A stretch of DNA of 64,000 nucleotides from a bacterium. GTDB taxonomy: Bacteria > Electryoneota > JAOADG01. A program made the position numbers and the translations under genes. The notes under the pieces were generated by a model. That model searched no databases. It was not told where the DNA came from and saw only the letters and a program-made list of their open reading frames with translations. Numbering within the stretch: the first letter of the stretch is position 1; every line of letters begins with the position of its first letter. This document shows positions 1 through 9,599 of this stretch, in pieces. The stretch spans positions 1,824,001-1,888,000 of the forward strand of contig OY820579.1 in NCBI GenBank assembly GCA_963681965.1, read 5' to 3'.

Positions 1-156
1 TTGTATGTAACTACGCTCGAAGAAGAGAAATTCCGGTCCGAACTGAATGCTGTCTTGGCAAGTTCCGACGATGTCCACCCGGGACGAAGATTATTAACAG
101 CGGTAGCGAAAAACAAAGCACGTCGCTACTTAGCAAACGCTTCCAATTGGTTTTAA
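1..156 (+). CDS. 3' fragment of TRAP transporter T-component (TatT family), truncated by window edge
   Basis: Frame 1 reads ...EEEKFRSELNAVLASSDDVHPGRRLLTAVAKNKARRYLANASNWF*, resembling the TatT C-terminal helix pattern; lies directly upstream of dctPQM. Confidence 0.75.
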   Translation: MYVTTLEEEKFRSELNAVLASSDDVHPGRRLLTAVAKNKARRYLANASNWF

Positions 157-280
157 TCCCCGGGTGAATTTCCCAAAAGGGATTTATTGAATTACAATTT
201 GGGGGAAACCCCGCAGAGAAGACTGATGGCTCTTATTTCTGTTGAAGTTGCCACAGTCGATTTTCTGGAAAAGAGGAAAC

Positions 281-1273
281 ATGAAACGCATTCTTCCGTT
301 CCTGGCGCTACTTTTCATTGCGCCGTTCGTGTTGGCTCAAACTGAAATCAAATTTGCCACAGTGGCTCCCGAGGGAACCTCTTGGATGAAGATCATGCGC
401 CAGATCGCCAAAGAAGTCGGCGATCAAACGCATAATCAAGTCACCTTCAAATTTTACCCCGGTGGCGTGATGGGTGACGAAACCGAAATGTTGCGCAAAA
501 TCCGGATTGGTCAACTTCATTCCGGTGGTTTTACCGGTAATGGGCTTGGCGAAGTCAACTCGGCAATTCGTGTGCTCGAGCTGCCCTATCTATTCCAATC
601 GGAAGAGGAGATCGATACTGCAGTGGCTGCAATTCAAGACGACCTGGAACGTGGTTTCGCCGAAAAAGGCTTTGTTCTGTTAGGTTGGGCTGATGTCGGT
701 TTTGTACATTTCTTCTCGAAAGGACCGATCCGCAATTCTTCCGATTTGAACGGCAAGAAAGTGTGGATGTGGCAGGGTGATCCCTTGGCACGCGCGTTTT
801 TCAAGAGCTATAATGTCAACGCTATTCCGTTGGCACTGCAGGATGTCTTAACGCAACTGCAAACCGGCATGATCGATGTCGTTTACGCCAGTCCTGCTGC
901 TGCGATTGGGCTGCAATGGCAGACGCGCACTAAGTATGTGACCGAACAGCCGATGACCTATGCCAGTGGTGCAGTGCTATTGTCGAAAAAAAGCTACGAT
1001 AAATTGACTGCCGACCAGCAGAACATTCTGAAAAATGTCTCGCGTCGATTGCTGCGACAGTTAACAATTCAATCGCGGAAAGATAATAAAGCCGCTTTTG
1101 CCACATTGAAGGCTTCAGGATTATCAGTCACTCCCATACCGTCTGAATCCGAATTGAAGCATATGGAAGAAATCAGTCTTAGAACGCGTCAGCAACTGGT
1201 CGGGCAGTTGTATTCGCAAAGCATGCTAACAAAAGTCGAATCGGCACTTAAGGCATACCGGGAAAAAAATTGA
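281..1273 (+). CDS. dctP: TRAP substrate-binding protein DctP (TatP-like)
   Basis: Signal peptide MKRILPFLALL..AQ; IKFATVAPEGTSW, FYPGGVMGDE, LQTGMID motifs; RBS AGAGG before ATG 281. Confidence 0.93.
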   Translation: MKRILPFLALLFIAPFVLAQTEIKFATVAPEGTSWMKIMRQIAKEVGDQTHNQVTFKFYPGGVMGDETEMLRKIRIGQLHSGGFTGNGLGEVNSAIRVLELPYLFQSEEEIDTAVAAIQDDLERGFAEKGFVLLGWADVGFVHFFSKGPIRNSSDLNGKKVWMWQGDPLARAFFKSYNVNAIPLALQDVLTQLQTGMIDVVYASPAAAIGLQWQTRTKYVTEQPMTYASGAVLLSKKSYDKLTADQQNILKNVSRRLLRQLTIQSRKDNKAAFATLKASGLSVTPIPSESELKHMEEISLRTRQQLVGQLYSQSMLTKVESALKAYREKN

Positions 1274-1764
1274 AATACTTTCAACTACTTGACAAGATCA
1301 TCATCCGGATTGTCGAAGGGATAATCGTCGCGATCTTGGCATATATGCTACTCGGCCAGTTATATCAAGTAATTGCCCGTAACTTCTGGGGCGGTGGAAT
1401 CGAAGCGGTTGATTTCACCATGCGCTACGGCATCGTTTGGTTGGGTTTGCTCGGTGGCGTTGTAGCGATGCGAACCGGAAATCAGATTCGAATCGATTTG
1501 GTTCTAAAACTGTCATCGTTGCAAGTGCGACGGTGGCTGGAATTAGCTACTTCGATTGCAACTGCCGCAATCTGTATATTTCTGTTAAAAGCATCGCTTT
1601 CTATGATCGCCGCCGAAACCGCTGCTCAGACCAAGCTATTCGGCAATTATACCGTGGTGCCGTTTCTCTGGGTTTATCCTGTTGGCTTTGGTTTGATTGC
1701 AGTCGAAACGCTCATCCGCGGAATTCAAATTGCGATAACCGGTGTGATTGAGGAGCCCCAATGA
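1270..1764 (+). CDS. dctQ: TRAP small permease DctQ
   Basis: 4 TM segments, QVIARN and QIRIDL motifs; overlaps the dctP stop. Confidence 0.88.
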   Translation: MKYFQLLDKIIIRIVEGIIVAILAYMLLGQLYQVIARNFWGGGIEAVDFTMRYGIVWLGLLGGVVAMRTGNQIRIDLVLKLSSLQVRRWLELATSIATAAICIFLLKASLSMIAAETAAQTKLFGNYTVVPFLWVYPVGFGLIAVETLIRGIQIAITGVIEEPQ

Positions 1765-3050
1765 GCCTCATTATTACCGGATTCATCCTTATTGCACTTG
1801 CCGGAGCCCCATTATTCGCAATTTTTGGTGGACTGGCAGTTGCACTATTCACCCGGGACGGGATTGATCCTGCCGCAGCGATCATTGAATTCAATCGTCT
1901 TGCCAGCCAACCGATTTTAATAGCAATTCCCCTTTTCACTTTCGCCGGTTACCTATTAGCGCGCTCGAATGCGCCAAATCGCCTTATCCGTCTATCGCGG
2001 GCATGGATTGGTTGGATTCCCGGTGGATTAGCGTTGGTCACATTACTTGCTTGTGCCGTATTTACCGCTTTCACCGGTGCCAGTGGCGTTACCATTATTG
2101 CGATCGGTGGACTGGTTTATCCGATCCTCTTGCAGGAAAAATACCCTCAAAGATTTAGTCTCGGATTGGTTGCTTCTTCTGGATCGATCGGTCTACTATT
2201 TCCACCTTCTTTACCGGTCATTTTATACGGAATTGTGGCAAAAACTTCGGTTGATCGGCTCTATGTGGGCGGGATGCTTCCGGGTATCATGATGATTTTG
2301 TTTCTGGCATTTTACTCGGTGAAAGTTGCGATGCCGCTCGAACGTATTAAGTTCGATTGGGGCAATGCAATTGCATCGTTAAAAGAAGCCAAATGGGATC
2401 TACCACTACCCTTCATCATTCTATTCGGGATTTACACCGGCAAATTTACGGTAGCCGAAGCGGCTGCTATCACCGCCGGATACGTACTCATCGTCGAAGT
2501 GTTTATTCATCGCGAAGTGTCGTTAACCAAACAACTCCCCAAAATTATGCGCGACAGTATGATTCTGGTAGGTGGTATCAAAATTATTCTTGGCTGCGCA
2601 CTTGCATTTACCAGCTATCTGATCGATGCGCAAGTACCGAATCGGTTGTTCGAGTGGATCAGCACATTTATTGCCAGCAAGTATGTCTTCCTGCTGTTGT
2701 TAAATGTATTCTTACTGCTCGTAGGTACAATGATGGATATTTTCTCAGCTATCGTTGTCGTCGTTCCACTCATTGTGCCGATCGCAAATCAGTTCGGAGT
2801 CAATCCAATTCACCTCGGGATCATCTTTCTCACCAATCTCGAAATCGGGTATCTTTCGCCTCCAGTGGGTATGAATTTATTTATGGCGAGCTACCGGTTT
2901 AAGATTCCGTTGATGAGATTGTACCGTGTAGCATTACCGTTTCTCATTCTGATGTTTATTGCCCTGTTATTGATTACTTATGTACCCGAGTTGAGCTTGG
3001 GTCCGGTGGACTTCTTTTTTCCCAAGGATGTACCTGTAACTACGCCATGA
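1761..3050 (+). CDS. dctM: TRAP large permease DctM
   Basis: AIPLFTFAG, GSIGLLFPPS, IGYLSPPVGMNLF motifs; ~12 TM. Confidence 0.95.
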   Translation: MSLIITGFILIALAGAPLFAIFGGLAVALFTRDGIDPAAAIIEFNRLASQPILIAIPLFTFAGYLLARSNAPNRLIRLSRAWIGWIPGGLALVTLLACAVFTAFTGASGVTIIAIGGLVYPILLQEKYPQRFSLGLVASSGSIGLLFPPSLPVILYGIVAKTSVDRLYVGGMLPGIMMILFLAFYSVKVAMPLERIKFDWGNAIASLKEAKWDLPLPFIILFGIYTGKFTVAEAAAITAGYVLIVEVFIHREVSLTKQLPKIMRDSMILVGGIKIILGCALAFTSYLIDAQVPNRLFEWISTFIASKYVFLLLLNVFLLLVGTMMDIFSAIVVVVPLIVPIANQFGVNPIHLGIIFLTNLEIGYLSPPVGMNLFMASYRFKIPLMRLYRVALPFLILMFIALLLITYVPELSLGPVDFFFPKDVPVTTP

Positions 3051-4564
3051 TCGCGCAAATTCATTCTCGCTATATAAATTACCGACCGATATACAACGCA
3101 TTGAGTATTTGGTTGGTTGTTATCGTTATCGCATTACTCCAATCTGGATATGCAGTAGCCGACCCGACCAATACAACGTATGATCGCGCGATTTTCGCTG
3201 CAGTGAATGGTAATTCGGCAGAAGCGATCACGCTATTCCAATCGCTCGTCGGTTCGAATGATCGAAAACCGTTGGTCTTAAGCAATTTGGCTATTCTATT
3301 AGCTCGAGCGGGTCGCGCATCCGAAGCCGAGTCGGCATTTAGAAAGGCATTGGAGCTGCAAAGTAATCGTCGGATCAATACTGCTTTTGCTGAATTTTTA
3401 CTCACTCAGAATCGCGCTGCTGAGGCGTTGACATTCGCGCAACGGGGAATCAATGATAAACGCGCCGAAGGAAATGTGACCCTCGGACGCGTTTATAAAA
3501 AAATGGGAAATTCTACTGAGGCACGTGCTGCGTTGCAAGAATCACTAACGCGAAATCCCCGCAATTCAGTTGCAATTGAAGAGTTACTTCCGATACTTAT
3601 CGAGACGGGAGATTATGAGACGGCGGCAAGGGTAACGCGAGCGGCAATCGCTGAATTTCCCGAAGGGGCAGCACTTTACTGGTACGGTATTGCAATCGAA
3701 CATCAAGATCATCAACCCGATGCCAAACGTCAATTCGAAAAGTATCTATCGATTTATCCACATGGAAAGTATCGCGATCAGTGTATTGAACATTTAAAAA
3801 CAATCAATCCTACAGTCGATTATACTAGTAGTTCCGAAGCGAGAATACAGACTTATTTAAAACAGCCGGCGAGTCCGATGGGTGATCGTGTATTTTCACC
3901 CGGGAGAAAATGGGTATACCAGATTAGCTGGAAGTTTTTTACACTTGGATCGATGACTGTAGAATCAGTGCGACGGACTGTCCAAAACAATCGACCGGTA
4001 TGGTTGGTTCGAACGACAATAAAGAGCAATCCATCCATACCGTTGATCAAAATCGACGATGTGTATGAATCTTATGTCGATGCCGATTTTCGCTATACCA
4101 ATCGTTACTGGACGGTTTACGCCCAGAGTGGACGCTACGACCAGAAAGTTTATGAATGCGATCTCGAACATGGTTCCTTCGTGGCAAATTGCGTCGATGA
4201 CAACGGTTACCTCTATTTTGTCGAAAAGGATTTACCACTTGACGCCTATGACGGTATCTCTGTACTAACTTGGGCTCGACGTGTGGTTTCATCGAATCGT
4301 GCCGGTAAAGCAATTACTATGATTGACGAAGAATTTAAATATTCGACGGTGTTACCGGGTTTTACCGACGAGAAAATTTCAGTCGGTGGAACGAAATACG
4401 AGACAAAGAAATTCAATGCACAGGTTAATTATATTGGAATTGCCGGTCTGACCGGTAAAGCGACCGGTTGGATTACATCGAATGCCGATGCGCTTCCGGT
4501 GCGAGCGCTGTTCGAAATCACGATTGGATCGATCGATATTCACCTGCAACGGATTGAAGGGTAA
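3047..4564 (+). CDS. Exported TPR-repeat protein with C-terminal DUF3108-like beta domain
   Basis: N-terminal hydrophobic signal, TPR-like helices (LSNLAILL..AG..AE..FRKALE), C-terminal F.PG.KWVYQISW..FTLG...IDDVYESYVD...GWITSNADALPVR. Confidence 0.7.
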   Translation: MIAQIHSRYINYRPIYNALSIWLVVIVIALLQSGYAVADPTNTTYDRAIFAAVNGNSAEAITLFQSLVGSNDRKPLVLSNLAILLARAGRASEAESAFRKALELQSNRRINTAFAEFLLTQNRAAEALTFAQRGINDKRAEGNVTLGRVYKKMGNSTEARAALQESLTRNPRNSVAIEELLPILIETGDYETAARVTRAAIAEFPEGAALYWYGIAIEHQDHQPDAKRQFEKYLSIYPHGKYRDQCIEHLKTINPTVDYTSSSEARIQTYLKQPASPMGDRVFSPGRKWVYQISWKFFTLGSMTVESVRRTVQNNRPVWLVRTTIKSNPSIPLIKIDDVYESYVDADFRYTNRYWTVYAQSGRYDQKVYECDLEHGSFVANCVDDNGYLYFVEKDLPLDAYDGISVLTWARRVVSSNRAGKAITMIDEEFKYSTVLPGFTDEKISVGGTKYETKKFNAQVNYIGIAGLTGKATGWITSNADALPVRALFEITIGSIDIHLQRIEG

Positions 4565-4566
4565 GA

Positions 4567-5517
4567 ATGCCGTTTCCAACCAGTATCCAAAAGCTATTTG
4601 AAATTGAAATTCCAATTATCCAAGCCGGTATGGTTTGGGTATCCGGATGGCGGTTGGCTGCAGCGGTATCGAATGCTGGTGGACTTGGACTAATCGGTGC
4701 CGGTTCGATGAAACCGGAATTGCTTCAAGAACATATCTCCAAACTGCGAATTAATTGCGATAAACCATTTGGAATCAATATCCCGCTTTTACGTCAAGAC
4801 GCAGAATCATTGATTGAAACAGCATTGAATGCCGGTGTGAAAATCTTTTTAACATCTGCCGGAAATCCGAAAACATACACTGAACGATTGAAAAGTGCTG
4901 GATGTATTGTTGTACACGTCGTTCCATCGGTTAAATTTGCACAAAAAGCCGAAGCGGCTGGGGTCGATGCCATTGTTGCCGAAGGATTCGAAGCGGGTGG
5001 ACATAACGGTGCCGACGAGATCGCTACGCTCCCTCTAATTCCGCAAGTTGTCGATGGAGTAAAGATTCCGGTAATTGCGGCTGGTGGAATCGCCGACGGT
5101 CGCGGAATCGCTGCAGCATTCTGTCTCGGTGCCGCTGGCGTACAGATTGGTACCCGGTATGCCGCTACTGTCCAAGCATCCTGTCATCCCGACTACAAGC
5201 AATCAATACTTACCGCTGATGATACCTCCACTATCCTGACTCTCAGGAAAATCGGAAATGCTCGTATGATCCGAAATCAATGGGCAATTCGCGCACTGGA
5301 AGCCGAGCGTGCTGGCGCGACACCGGAACAATTACGCGAATTACTCGGTCAAAAACGCGAACGATTGGGTATCTTTGAAGGTGATCTAACCGAAGGACAA
5401 TTGGAAGCTGGGCAAGCTGCTGGATTGATTCACGATCTCCCCGATGCGGGGCAATTGACTCACCAACTCTGGAACGATACACGAAAAGTGTTATCGGAAC
5501 TCCAATCCTGCATCTAA
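4567..5517 (+). CDS. Nitronate monooxygenase / enoyl-ACP reductase II (FabK) family FMN protein
   Basis: PIIQAGMVWVSG, VSNAGGLG, EGFEAGGH, AAGGIADGRG, GVQIGTR. Confidence 0.9.
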   Translation: MPFPTSIQKLFEIEIPIIQAGMVWVSGWRLAAAVSNAGGLGLIGAGSMKPELLQEHISKLRINCDKPFGINIPLLRQDAESLIETALNAGVKIFLTSAGNPKTYTERLKSAGCIVVHVVPSVKFAQKAEAAGVDAIVAEGFEAGGHNGADEIATLPLIPQVVDGVKIPVIAAGGIADGRGIAAAFCLGAAGVQIGTRYAATVQASCHPDYKQSILTADDTSTILTLRKIGNARMIRNQWAIRALEAERAGATPEQLRELLGQKRERLGIFEGDLTEGQLEAGQAAGLIHDLPDAGQLTHQLWNDTRKVLSELQSCI

Positions 5518-5616
5518 CGCGTGTGATATCAACAACCGTTGTGCAGGTCAATCACATGAGTTGTTTCCGGAAGTCATGTCTTACTATCTTGTTAATTACC
5601 TGAAAAAGGATAGCAA

Positions 5617-6645
5617 ATGAAACTTTTGGTGACCGGGGGTGCCGGTTTCATTGGATCGAATTTTCTGCACTTACTTTTTGCCGAGCGGAGCGATTGGCAA
5701 GTAATTAACGTCGACTTGTTGACCTATGCGGGAAATCTGGAAAACCTGACTGCAATCGAGCAATGGGAAAATTATCGATTTGTCAAGGCAGATATCTGCG
5801 ATCGCGACACGTTAACTTTCTTATTCGAAGCTGAAAAGTTCGATGCAATTGTCAATTTTGCTGCGGAATCACACGTCGACCGCTCGATCCTCGAACCGGA
5901 CATTTTCGTTCGCACGAATGTGACGGGAACGCATACACTGCTGGAATTGGCGAAAAAATGGAAAGTCGCCCGGTTCCTACAAGTTTCAACCGATGAAGTA
6001 TATGGTTCACTTGGTGATGAAGGGCTTTTTTCCGAGACGACACCGCTCGCACCCAACAGTCCTTACAGCGCTGCCAAAACGAGTGCCGACCTGTTCGTTC
6101 GGGCTTATCATCACACATTTGGGATGGATACGATTACGACTCGGTGTAGTAACAATTACGGTCCTTATCAATTTCCCGAGAAATTGATCCCATTGATGAT
6201 CCAGAATGCCCTTGAGGACAAACCGTTGCCGGTCTACGGTACGGGGATGAATATTCGCGATTGGTTGCAAGTGGAAGATCATTGCCGAGCAATTTTGGTC
6301 GCACTGGAACACGGAAAATCCGGTGAAGTGTACAATATTGGCGGCAACAACGAACAACCCAATATCGAAATTGTAAAACGAATTTTATCAATTCTTGGTA
6401 AACCGGAATCGTTAATCCGGTACGTTCCCGATCGTCCCGGACACGATCTGCGTTATGGGATCGATGCCACAAAAATTCGAACTGAATTAGGTTGGGAACC
6501 GCGTCATTCGTTTTCAACCGGACTGAAAGCTACGATCGACTGGTATTTATCGAACCGGACTTGGGTACAGAATGTGTTGACCGGAAATTATCGAGCATAT
6601 TACGATCGGCAATATACCGACCGTCTGGCAGCAGGAAAACCGTGA
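5617..6645 (+). CDS. rfbB: dTDP-glucose 4,6-dehydratase
   Basis: TGGAGFIGSN, FAAESHVDRSI, VSTDEVYG, PYSAAK, RCSNNYGPYQFPEKLIP, DRPGHDLRY. Confidence 0.97.
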   Translation: MKLLVTGGAGFIGSNFLHLLFAERSDWQVINVDLLTYAGNLENLTAIEQWENYRFVKADICDRDTLTFLFEAEKFDAIVNFAAESHVDRSILEPDIFVRTNVTGTHTLLELAKKWKVARFLQVSTDEVYGSLGDEGLFSETTPLAPNSPYSAAKTSADLFVRAYHHTFGMDTITTRCSNNYGPYQFPEKLIPLMIQNALEDKPLPVYGTGMNIRDWLQVEDHCRAILVALEHGKSGEVYNIGGNNEQPNIEIVKRILSILGKPESLIRYVPDRPGHDLRYGIDATKIRTELGWEPRHSFSTGLKATIDWYLSNRTWVQNVLTGNYRAYYDRQYTDRLAAGKP

Positions 6646-7478
6646 ACCTTTATTCAAAACCACTGCGAATCTTTATCGACTTGCTCGCATTGATGCTGGC
6701 ATATGGTGGTGCTTATTTATTCCACTATGAATCAGGCATCTTTAGTGTCAATCATCGTGGTGAATTTATTTCGGCGGCGCTTTTTCTGTCGACTTCCTGG
6801 GTCATCGTTTTTGCGGTATTCGGGCATTATGCCGGTACCTTTGCTTTAGGCTGGATCGCCCATGCAAAGCGAGTCGCGTTGGCTGTGTCGATTGGTGGTC
6901 TTACACTCTTCTGGTTGACTTTTGAAGCGGAAAATCCGCTACCTCCGGGTCGATTTGTATTAGTGGTTTATGGTATCGGTATCATCTTACTCGTCGCATC
7001 GGGTAGAGCTGTGATGTATTATTTTCAACAAGCGCGGTGGAAAAGTGGCAAGGGGTTAGCGCGGACTGCCATTGTAGGTCACGGTCGGTGGGCGGATATC
7101 TTGGCGGAAGAATTTTCTAGTCGACCGGAAAGTGGTCATTCATACGTTGGGATGATTCGGTTACCCGGAGATACCGGCAAACTACCTTCTCCGGTTCTGG
7201 GCGATATGAACGAACTGGAAACGATACTACCGAAAAATCGCATTGAATGTGTCGTATTGGCTTGGGAACACGGGCACACGGAAGAAGTACTTCAAGGAAT
7301 TATGGCATGCAATCATGCCCAAGTTCAAGTACAAGTCTGTCCCGATTTACGCGACGAAGCTGCCTCGTGGGCACGTCTCCAAACCCGCGATGATTTACCA
7401 TTATTTGTTGTAAAATCCGATTTTCACCCCAATTGGGAGCGACTGCTGAAACGAGCAGTTGGAGGAACAAATGCTTGA
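6642..7478 (+). CDS. WcaJ/WbaP-type sugar-transferase N-terminal region (4 TM + Rossmann-like domain) lacking the catalytic PGT domain
   Basis: GTG overlapping the rfbB stop; IDLLAL TM start, RTAIVGHG, PVLGDMNEL; ends at W.RLLKR where homologs continue into the PGT domain. Confidence 0.75.
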   Translation: MNLYSKPLRIFIDLLALMLAYGGAYLFHYESGIFSVNHRGEFISAALFLSTSWVIVFAVFGHYAGTFALGWIAHAKRVALAVSIGGLTLFWLTFEAENPLPPGRFVLVVYGIGIILLVASGRAVMYYFQQARWKSGKGLARTAIVGHGRWADILAEEFSSRPESGHSYVGMIRLPGDTGKLPSPVLGDMNELETILPKNRIECVVLAWEHGHTEEVLQGIMACNHAQVQVQVCPDLRDEAASWARLQTRDDLPLFVVKSDFHPNWERLLKRAVGGTNA

Positions 7479-8751
7479 TATACGCCGAATGCGGGAAGAT
7501 ATCGAAGGCGTCTTGACCGCGATGGCAAATCGAAATCTTCATAACCTACCGATTCGTGAATTGGTTGAAAAAGATGATCGACGACGTGAAATGCTCAGTC
7601 GGATCGAAGATCTGCGTGCACAACTAAATAAAGAATCCAAAGAAATTGGTAAAAAAGTCAAAGAGGGTGGCGATCCCGCGGCACTGAAGGCAGCGTTAAA
7701 AATTGTTTCCGACGAAATCTCCGAACTTGAAAAGTCGATGCGTGAATTGGAGGAGATCATCGAAGCTGATATGCTTCGCATTCCCAACTTACCCTATAAA
7801 ACAACGCCGATCGGAAAATCAGCCGAAGAAAATGTCGTGGTTAAATCTGCCACGCCAGAGAAGTTACCGTTTGCACCGAAAAGTCATTTAGAACTGGCAC
7901 AGCGCTTAAACCTGTTCGATTTCGAACGCGCATCCAAGCTTTCCGGTAGTGGTTTTCCACTCTATTTAGGTATTGGTGCTCGCTTGGAACGTTCACTCTG
8001 GAATTTGTTTCTCGATACTCACACTAAAAACGGTTATCGCGAAGTAATTCCCCCATTGATGGTGAACCGTGAAACTGCGCGTGGTACCGGTCAATGGCCG
8101 AATTTAGCCGACGACATGTACAAGGTTGAAGGGGAAGAACTATATTTAATCCCTACGTCGGAAGTACCTATTGCGAATATCTTCCGGGGCGAAATTCTCG
8201 ACGGTTCTAAAATGCCGTATCGATTTGCTGGATATTCACCTTGTTTCCGTCGCGAGGCTGGTTCCTACGGAAAGGATACCCGCGGTTTTCTGCGCGTTCA
8301 TCAATTCAACAAAGTCGAGATGATCTGGTTGACCTTGCCAGAGCGGTCGTATGATGATTTGGAAGTGATGACTGGTCATGCTGAATCTATCTTGGAAATG
8401 CTCGAGATACCCTATCGTCGATTGGCGCTCTGTTCCGGGGATATCGGTTTCTCCTCGGCAAAAACGTATGACTTGGAAGTTTGGTCGCCATTCGAACAGC
8501 GCTGGCTGGAAGCATCGAGTTGTTCCAATTGTGAAGATTTCCAAGCCCGACGCATGGCATTGCGATTCCGTCGCGAACAGGGAGCAAAACCGGAATTAGT
8601 GCATATTCTCAATGGCAGTGGCTTGGCAACTTCTCGCGTCATGGTGGCATTACTGGAAAATCACCAAACCGAAGAAGGATCGATCGCGATTCCCCCGGTT
8701 TTGAGACCGTATCTCTGTGGAAAAACACATATTACCATTGATGACGTATAA
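7471..8751 (+). CDS. serS: Serine--tRNA ligase
   Basis: MLDIRR N-terminus with coiled arm; LIPTSEVP, CFRREAGSYGKDTRG, HQFNKVE, EASSCSNC, NGSGLA; RBS GGAGG. Confidence 0.98.
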   Translation: MLDIRRMREDIEGVLTAMANRNLHNLPIRELVEKDDRRREMLSRIEDLRAQLNKESKEIGKKVKEGGDPAALKAALKIVSDEISELEKSMRELEEIIEADMLRIPNLPYKTTPIGKSAEENVVVKSATPEKLPFAPKSHLELAQRLNLFDFERASKLSGSGFPLYLGIGARLERSLWNLFLDTHTKNGYREVIPPLMVNRETARGTGQWPNLADDMYKVEGEELYLIPTSEVPIANIFRGEILDGSKMPYRFAGYSPCFRREAGSYGKDTRGFLRVHQFNKVEMIWLTLPERSYDDLEVMTGHAESILEMLEIPYRRLALCSGDIGFSSAKTYDLEVWSPFEQRWLEASSCSNCEDFQARRMALRFRREQGAKPELVHILNGSGLATSRVMVALLENHQTEEGSIAIPPVLRPYLCGKTHITIDDV

Positions 8752-8899
8752 TTATCGAAGGTATCAAATTTTACCTTTCGACGCGTCGACCAAATTATTC
8801 CGATACGAGATTGATCATTCAGGGTCGTATCACTGAGAAATACTAATAAAGGATGTTCTGCCGATTAACAGATTTTCATTAATTCGGCAACATGAAGAG

Positions 8900-9571
8900 A
8901 TGAACTGGGAACACCGAAATCATTTTCAACGCAATTTGCGGATGATCCTCGAAACTGCACACCGGCTTGATGCCAAGGGATTTGTCGCAGCAAACGATGG
9001 CAATATCTCCGCACGAATCGATTCCGAAACGTTTATTTGCACGCGTTCGGGTTCGGTAATGGGTCGGCTTGAACCCACCGACATTCTCGCATCGGATCTT
9101 GCTGGCAAGCGCATTGATAGTCCCTTTCACCCGTTGTTACCGCAAGAGTATCGAGTAACTTCCGAGTGGAAATCGCATTCCGCGATTTATGAAGTTCGAT
9201 CCGATGTACAAGCAATCGTCCATGCCCATCCACCGTTTGCCACAGCATGGGCAACTGCTCGCCAACAATTGCCGGAATGCGTTTTACCGGAAGTAACGGT
9301 CTTACTTCGCGAAGTGCCGTTAATTCCGTTCGCTGTGCCGGGATCGATCGAATTGGCTACTTTTGTGAGTGGAACTGCGCGTGTATCAGATGTCATGATG
9401 CTTTCCAACCACGGAGTCATTGCTATCGGTTCAAGTATTTTCGAGGCGCTGGATCGCCTCGAACGGGTCGAACATGCCGCGAAAATCATGTTACTTTCAC
9501 GGATCTTGAATGGTCCGGTACAACTGATGCCTTCGGAAGTAGCTGCTTTATCGGCGCTATTTTCTTCGTAG
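8900..9571 (+). CDS. Class II aldolase/adducin family protein
   Basis: DGNISAR, TSEWKSH, HAHPP, LSNHG zinc-binding motifs. Confidence 0.9.
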   Translation: MNWEHRNHFQRNLRMILETAHRLDAKGFVAANDGNISARIDSETFICTRSGSVMGRLEPTDILASDLAGKRIDSPFHPLLPQEYRVTSEWKSHSAIYEVRSDVQAIVHAHPPFATAWATARQQLPECVLPEVTVLLREVPLIPFAVPGSIELATFVSGTARVSDVMMLSNHGVIAIGSSIFEALDRLERVEHAAKIMLLSRILNGPVQLMPSEVAALSALFSS

Positions 9572-9599
9572 AGTAAGCAAACCACCATTCACGACAACC

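Noticed and set aside
157-280. Possible fluoride or other riboswitch before dctP (CTGATGGCTCTTA, GGGG-AAA-CCCC)
   Set aside because: The 5' GGnGATG/pseudoknot half of the fluoride motif is absent; only short hairpins in an intra-operon gap
2575-2590. Lys within a DctM hydrophobic segment (GGIKIILG)
   Set aside because: A single residue; substitution, functional site and sequencing error cannot be distinguished without an alignment
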